Assembly: GCA_045576595.1 (NCBI GenBank)
Contig: JAZNGV010000031.1
Location: 13,903 to 77,902 of the forward strand
Source of the DNA: Paludibacteraceae bacterium
GTDB lineage: Bacteria; Bacteroidota; Bacteroidia; Bacteroidales; Paludibacteraceae
Length of the DNA stretch: 64,000 bases
Direction of reading: 5' to 3'
Positions within the stretch are counted from its first letter, which is position 1. Every line of letters begins with the position of its first letter. Under the pieces are notes generated by a model, which was not told the origin of the DNA, ran no database searches, and saw nothing but the letters and a program-made list of their open reading frames with translations. Shown here piece by piece: positions 59,110 to 64,000 of this stretch. A program made the position numbers and the translations under genes.

Positions 59110-59850
59110 ATGACATACAAAGAGCAAATAGACTTGTCGCGTCTGCCACGCCATATAGCTATCATTATGGATGGCAACGGGCGTTGGGCTAAAAAGCAGG
59201 GCCTTGCGCGCATGTTTGGTCATAAGCAGGGCGTAGAAACGGTGCATAATATCACCGTAGCTGCCACCAAAATGGGCATTGAATACCTCACCCTCTATAC
59301 TTTCTCTACAGAGAACTGGAATAGACCCAAGGAGGAAGTGGATGCGCTCATGATCTTATTGGTGGATACTATCGCCAAAGAGACGCCTACGCTCATGGAG
59401 AATAATGTGCGTTTGCAGACTATCGGAGATATAGACCGATTGCCTGAGACAGCCCGTAATAAGTTCTTGCAATGTATAGAGCAGACGAGTAAGAATACAG
59501 GCCTCACTATGGTGCTCGCATTGAGTTACTCCGCACGATGGGAGATTACGAGAGCCATGCAAGTGGCTGTGCAAAGAGCAAAAGAGCAAGGCTTGCGTAT
59601 AGAGGATATAAATGAGCAATTCGTATCGTCATGTATGACGACTGCAGAAATGCCAGACCCTGACTTGCTTATCAGAACAAGTGGAGAGTACCGTATTAGT
59701 AACTTCTTGTTATGGCAGTTGGCGTATTCGGAATTATACTTCACTGACTGCCTGTGGCCGGAGTTTACAGAGGAGGAGTTTTATAAAGCTATTATTGATT
59801 ATCAAAAACGCGAACGGAGGTTCGGAAAGATAAGTGAACAGATTAAGTAA
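59110..59850 (+). CDS. uppS: Isoprenyl transferase (undecaprenyl-diphosphate synthase)
   Basis: [24 protein letters not shown] and [16 protein letters not shown]. Start set at MTYKEQ (59110). Confidence 0.92.
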   Translation: MTYKEQIDLSRLPRHIAIIMDGNGRWAKKQGLARMFGHKQGVETVHNITVAATKMGIEYLTLYTFSTENWNRPKEEVDALMILLVDTIAKETPTLMENNVRLQTIGDIDRLPETARNKFLQCIEQTSKNTGLTMVLALSYSARWEITRAMQVAVQRAKEQGLRIEDINEQFVSSCMTTAEMPDPDLLIRTSGEYRISNFLLWQLAYSELYFTDCLWPEFTEEEFYKAIIDYQKRERRFGKISEQIK

Positions 59851-62440
59851 AATAGTATTGTTTCTATTGCTTTCTATGCCGTTGATGGCACAGGAGGACA
59901 CGATAATATCGCATGCAGAAGATACAATGTATGCCGATGCGCCTACTATCGAATATACACTCACACGCAAAACATACGAAATCGCTTCTATCGAGGTGAA
60001 GGGTGCCGATAGCTATGAGGATTTTGTGCTCATCGGTTTCTCTGGACTCGCAGTGGGAGATAAGATAGAAGTGCCGGGTGACCAGATAACCAAAGCAGTA
60101 AAACGCTTTTGGAAGCAAGGATTGTTCTCTTCGGTGAAGATAAGAGCAAAGAAGATTGAAGATAACAAGATTTGGCTCGTTATTGAATTGGAGCAAAGAC
60201 CGCGTATCAGCGAAATGCAGTACGAGGGGCTCAAGAAAAGCGAGAGAGAAGAGGTGGAAGTGAAACTCGGCATACGACCGGGTTCGCAGATGACACCAAA
60301 CCTCGTGGACCACTCCAAGGTGGTTATCAAGAAATACTTCGCAGAAAAAGGATTTCATAATGCGAATGTGAATATCATCCAGCGCAACGACCCTGACCAT
60401 CCTGGGTATGTCAAAGTGCTATGCGTGGTGGATAAAAAAGAGAAAACAAAAGTAGGAAAGATTTATATAACGGGTAATGAAGCGCTCACCGACCTTGATA
60501 TTAACAAGGCGATGAAAAAAACCAATGATAATAACATTATCAACCTCTTCCGTACCAAGAAATTCGTGGCAGAAGAGTTTGAAAACGATAAGAAAGCCGT
60601 CATTGAGAAATACAACGAATGTGGTTACCGCGATGCGTATATTGTTTCAGACTCTATCGCACCTAACCCTGAGGACCCTACGCGCGTCGATGTCTATATG
60701 ACTATCAGCGAGGGAAATAAATACCATGTGCGCTCTATCAAATGGGTGGGAAATACTGTCTATCCATACGAGATACTTGACGCTTCATTGGGTATCAAAC
60801 CAGGCGATGTGTATAATCTCAAGACACTCAATGACCGCCTACAGAATGACGATGACGCAGTGTCCAAACTATATACCGACCGAGGATACCTCTTCTTCAA
60901 TGTGGAACCCGTGGAAGTGAATGTGGAGAATGATTCTATTGATTTCGAGATGCGTATGTACGAAGGTAAACCTGCTACCATCAATGAGGTGAAGATTGTA
61001 GGTAATACGCGCGTATATGAGCATGTAGTGCGCCGCGAGTTATATACCAAACCGGGACAACTCTATTCGCAATCGGATATCATGCGTTCGCTACGCGAAT
61101 TGGCGCAAATGGGACACTTCGACCAAGAGAGACTCGTGCCGGATATTCAACCTAATCCGGAAGAAGGAACGGTGGACATCACTTATCAATTGGAAACGAA
61201 AAGTAGCGACCAGATTGAGTTCTCACTCGGATGGGGAGCAACAGGTCTTGTCGGTTCGCTCGGACTTAAGTTCACCAACTTTGCTATACAAAACCTTTTC
61301 AATAAGAAATCTTATCGCATCGTGCCGCAAGGTGAAGGACAAACTTTCTCTGTCAATGCGCGAACGAATGGTAAACTGTATAACTCCGCGTCTATCTCCT
61401 TCCTCGAACCATGGTTGGGCGGCAAGAGACCAAATAGCTTGAGCGTGAGTGTCTATTTCGCTAATCAAACAGGATACTCCAAACGCTACGAGAATGCATA
61501 CCAAAACCTCTATAATACCTATTCGAACTATTATTACTACTCAGGTAACTCGAATTACTACCAGCAATTATTAGAAACCGAAGCAGATGAGGACCGCTAT
61601 TTGCGTACTCTTGGTGTGTCTATCGGATATGGAAAGCGTCTGCGTTGGCCGGATGACTACTTCACATTCTATGGCGAATTGAGTTATCAGATGTATATGA
61701 TGAAAGATTGGCCATACCTACTTCTCACAGATGGTACATCGCATAACCTATCTATCAACCTCCAATTGTCACGCTCATCCATCGATAACCCAATATACAC
61801 ACGCCGAGGTTCGCAGTTCACACTCGGACTGAAAATAACACCGCCGTGGAGTATTATCAATGGTAAAGACTATTCGAAGATGACCACCTCAGAGAGGTAT
61901 AACCTCATTGAGTACCATAAGTGGAAATTCTCTGGAAAAGTGTTTACACCGCTTACACGCGATAGTAAACTCGTGCTCATGACACGCGCCGAGTTTGGCT
62001 ACTTAGGGCACTATAATGAGTACGCTAAATCACCTTTCGAAACCTTCTTTATGGGTGGCGACGGAATGTCCAGTTATACCAGTTACTCCACAGAATATGT
62101 GGCAATGCGTGGTTATCCATCGGGCTCACTCACTCCATATGACGCTACTATGGGACGAAACATGGGTTACCTATACAATAAGTTCACCATGGAATTGCGT
62201 TACCCTATCTCCCTCGAACAGTCAGCTACCATCTGGGCACACGCCTTTATTGAGGCTGGTAACTGCTTCGCAGATATAAAGGAGTATAATCCATTCAAAC
62301 TCAAGCGCTCTGCGGGTGTCGGAGTGCGTATATTCCTGCCTATGTTCGGTCTGTTAGGTATCGACTGGGGATATGGATTTGACGAACCAAATAAGAAGAA
62401 TCGCAGCCAGTTCCACTTCGTTCTTGGACAAGAATTGTAA
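59834..62440 (+). CDS. bamA: Outer membrane protein assembly factor BamA
   Basis: 868 aa with a signal peptide (GTG start), POTRA repeats and a C-terminal Omp85 barrel ending FHFVLGQEL. Confidence 0.9.
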   Translation: MNRLSKIVLFLLLSMPLMAQEDTIISHAEDTMYADAPTIEYTLTRKTYEIASIEVKGADSYEDFVLIGFSGLAVGDKIEVPGDQITKAVKRFWKQGLFSSVKIRAKKIEDNKIWLVIELEQRPRISEMQYEGLKKSEREEVEVKLGIRPGSQMTPNLVDHSKVVIKKYFAEKGFHNANVNIIQRNDPDHPGYVKVLCVVDKKEKTKVGKIYITGNEALTDLDINKAMKKTNDNNIINLFRTKKFVAEEFENDKKAVIEKYNECGYRDAYIVSDSIAPNPEDPTRVDVYMTISEGNKYHVRSIKWVGNTVYPYEILDASLGIKPGDVYNLKTLNDRLQNDDDAVSKLYTDRGYLFFNVEPVEVNVENDSIDFEMRMYEGKPATINEVKIVGNTRVYEHVVRRELYTKPGQLYSQSDIMRSLRELAQMGHFDQERLVPDIQPNPEEGTVDITYQLETKSSDQIEFSLGWGATGLVGSLGLKFTNFAIQNLFNKKSYRIVPQGEGQTFSVNARTNGKLYNSASISFLEPWLGGKRPNSLSVSVYFANQTGYSKRYENAYQNLYNTYSNYYYYSGNSNYYQQLLETEADEDRYLRTLGVSIGYGKRLRWPDDYFTFYGELSYQMYMMKDWPYLLLTDGTSHNLSINLQLSRSSIDNPIYTRRGSQFTLGLKITPPWSIINGKDYSKMTTSERYNLIEYHKWKFSGKVFTPLTRDSKLVLMTRAEFGYLGHYNEYAKSPFETFFMGGDGMSSYTSYSTEYVAMRGYPSGSLTPYDATMGRNMGYLYNKFTMELRYPISLEQSATIWAHAFIEAGNCFADIKEYNPFKLKRSAGVGVRIFLPMFGLLGIDWGYGFDEPNKKNRSQFHFVLGQEL

Positions 62441-62500
62441 CTAACAGGAACTAAAAGAATAAAAGAACGCAACCTTTGGTTGCTGAAAGATAAAGACTAT

Positions 62501-63034
62501 ATGAAAAAAACATTCATTATTCGTTATGCACTGTGTATTATAGCAGCTCTGCTGCTTTCTGGCATGGCTTTTGCTAAAGACCAATCAATAGCCTATGTGG
62601 ACATGAAATATATACTCAAAAATCTACCGCAGTACGAGCAGGCTAACGAGCAACTCGCTATGCTCTCCAAGCGTTGGCAGAAAGAGATTGACGCAGCACA
62701 GCAGGAAGCGCGCGTATTACTCTCTAACTACCAAACGGAACAAATCTTCCTTTCTGACGCAATGAAGCAGCAACGAGAAGAAGAAATTGTGCAGAAAGAG
62801 CAACAAGTACTCGAACTCAAACGCAAATACTTCGGACAAGACGGGGAATTGTATAAGAAGCGGGAAGCACTTATCAAACCGATACAAGAAGAGATATACA
62901 ATGTCATTCAAGAACTTGCAAGCGAGAAGAAGATTGAGCTCATCAAAGACCGCTCGGCAGACCCATCACTCATCTATATGTCCTCTAAATTGGATGTATC
63001 AGACCAAGTGCTCATTAAGTTAGGTGCAAAGTAA
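62501..63034 (+). CDS. OmpH/Skp-family periplasmic chaperone
   Basis: Signal peptide followed by a long Q/E/K-rich coiled coil. It follows bamA. ATG 62501 is preferred over TTG 62480. Confidence 0.8.
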   Translation: MKKTFIIRYALCIIAALLLSGMAFAKDQSIAYVDMKYILKNLPQYEQANEQLAMLSKRWQKEIDAAQQEARVLLSNYQTEQIFLSDAMKQQREEEIVQKEQQVLELKRKYFGQDGELYKKREALIKPIQEEIYNVIQELASEKKIELIKDRSADPSLIYMSSKLDVSDQVLIKLGAK

Positions 63035-63129
63035 CTCCAATACCGACGGTCCCCCGACGGCTGACCGACGGTCGAAGCGAAGATAAGTATAAGACAACAC
63101 TAAGATAAACTAAAATTAATTATATAAGT

Positions 63130-63621
63130 ATGAAAAAAATTATTATTGCAATCATGCTGATCCTGCCAATGGCAATCAGCGCACAGAAGTTTGGTCACAT
63201 CAACACACAAGAACTCTTTGTACAAATGCCGGAAATGGCGCAAGTGAAACTCAAAATGGATACTATCCAATCGCAATATGAGTCTCAATTCACTATGATG
63301 TACGAGGAGTTACAGAAAAAACTACAAGATTATCAAGCACAAGAGGCTACTATGGCGGACGCTATCAAGCAAATCCGTCAACAAGAACTGCAAGAAATGC
63401 AACAACGCATCCAATTGTTCAATCAAACAGCAGAGCAAGATGTGCAACGCAAACAACAAGAGTTGTTAGCGCCAATCCATGAAAAAATGGCGAAAGCAAT
63501 TAAAGCGGTTGGTGAGCGCGAAGGATATACATATATCTTCGATTCAGCTGCAATGGTGCATGTTGGCGCGGACGCAAAGGACCTTATGCCTGCAGTAAAA
63601 GCAGAACTCGGCATTAAATAA
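63130..63621 (+). CDS. OmpH/Skp-family periplasmic chaperone (second copy)
   Basis: 163 aa; KFGHINTQELFVQMPE, coiled coil, and a C-terminal GYTYIFD motif. Confidence 0.8.
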   Translation: MKKIIIAIMLILPMAISAQKFGHINTQELFVQMPEMAQVKLKMDTIQSQYESQFTMMYEELQKKLQDYQAQEATMADAIKQIRQQELQEMQQRIQLFNQTAEQDVQRKQQELLAPIHEKMAKAIKAVGEREGYTYIFDSAAMVHVGADAKDLMPAVKAELGIK

Positions 63622-63624
63622 TCC

Positions 63625-63765
63625 ATGGCTGACGGCTATTTAGAAAAACGCTATGCGGAATACGAAAAACGCAAAGCGGAATGGCTAAAAAAGAAAAATA
63701 AATCACTACGATTACAAACTAAGCCTCGTCCAATGGTTGAAAAACCAGAGGACGAAGCATTGTAA
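63625..63765 (+). CDS. Small basic protein (46 aa), hypothetical
   Basis: Own translation: MADGYLEKRYAEYEKRKAEWLKKKNKSLRLQTKPRPMVEKPEDEAL. It starts 4 nt after the skp stop. Confidence 0.3.
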   Translation: MADGYLEKRYAEYEKRKAEWLKKKNKSLRLQTKPRPMVEKPEDEAL

Positions 63766-63791
63766 ATACTCATAATACAAAATTCTCAATT

Positions 63792-64000
63792 ATGACAAAA
63801 ACTATGCAATCATTGCTTCGTGATAAAGCATGGGCACGATGGACGGTACTCGTCTTGGTGGCGTCAATGATGTTCTTTGCCTACATGTTCGTGGATATGT
63901 TATCTCCATTAGCATCTACACTCAATCAGACACTTGGTTGGGACCAAGGCGTATTCGGTACATATGCAGCAGCAGAGTACATCCTCTGTGTGTTCGGCTT
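63792..64000 (+). CDS. MFS-type transporter, N-terminal fragment (continues beyond window)
   Basis: MTKTMQSLLRDKAWARWTVLVLVASMMFFAYMFVDMLSPLASTL..., with hydrophobic helices typical of an MFS N-terminus. Confidence 0.45.
   Translation, partial: MTKTMQSLLRDKAWARWTVLVLVASMMFFAYMFVDMLSPLASTLNQTLGWDQGVFGTYAAAEYILCVFG

Overview
All calls come from manual reading of the sequence and the ORF track; no searches or folding programs were run. The window is a Bacteroidales-type chromosome, probably Prevotellaceae-like, though that cannot be proven here. Supporting signs are TAnnTTTG -7 promoter boxes, UppS-BamA-Skp synteny and a T9SS-like C-terminal domain.

Bases 1 to ~19.8 kb are the late region of a contractile-tailed prophage with Mu-like gene order: prohead protease with a scaffold-like tail, capsid, lysis cassette, sheath, tube, -1 frameshifted chaperone, tape measure, baseplate, fibre, and a Mom-like gene last. 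The left end lies outside the window.

The prophage baseplate operon carries a complete diversity-generating retroelement (DGR). It consists of a target gene with a C-terminal VR (13118-13215), Avd, TR (13798-13900) and a reverse transcriptase. By hand alignment there are 16 substitutions, all at TR adenines. The VR is 5 nt shorter than the TR, so the target C-terminus is frameshifted. The RT has an unusual ~140-aa basic C-terminal extension.

The Mom-like gene is flanked by three minus-strand promoter/terminator units without long ORFs and by a nested-hairpin element.

From ~20.6 kb the window is host DNA:
- A purine/pyrimidine cluster: purD, folD, a purT remnant, purB, carA-like, carB, purC and a purF-like gene. 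The CarA-like protein lacks the glutaminase Cys/His and the PurF-like protein lacks Cys1.
- Rubredoxin, pnp, tmRNA, tRNA-Arg and initiator tRNA-Met.
- Surface and lipoprotein genes.
- rplS, uvrB, murI, dnaN, rnz, radA, uppS, bamA and two skp genes.

Host intergenic spacers hold short tandem repeats, REP-like palindromes and a ~110-bp promoter-bearing cassette present four times.
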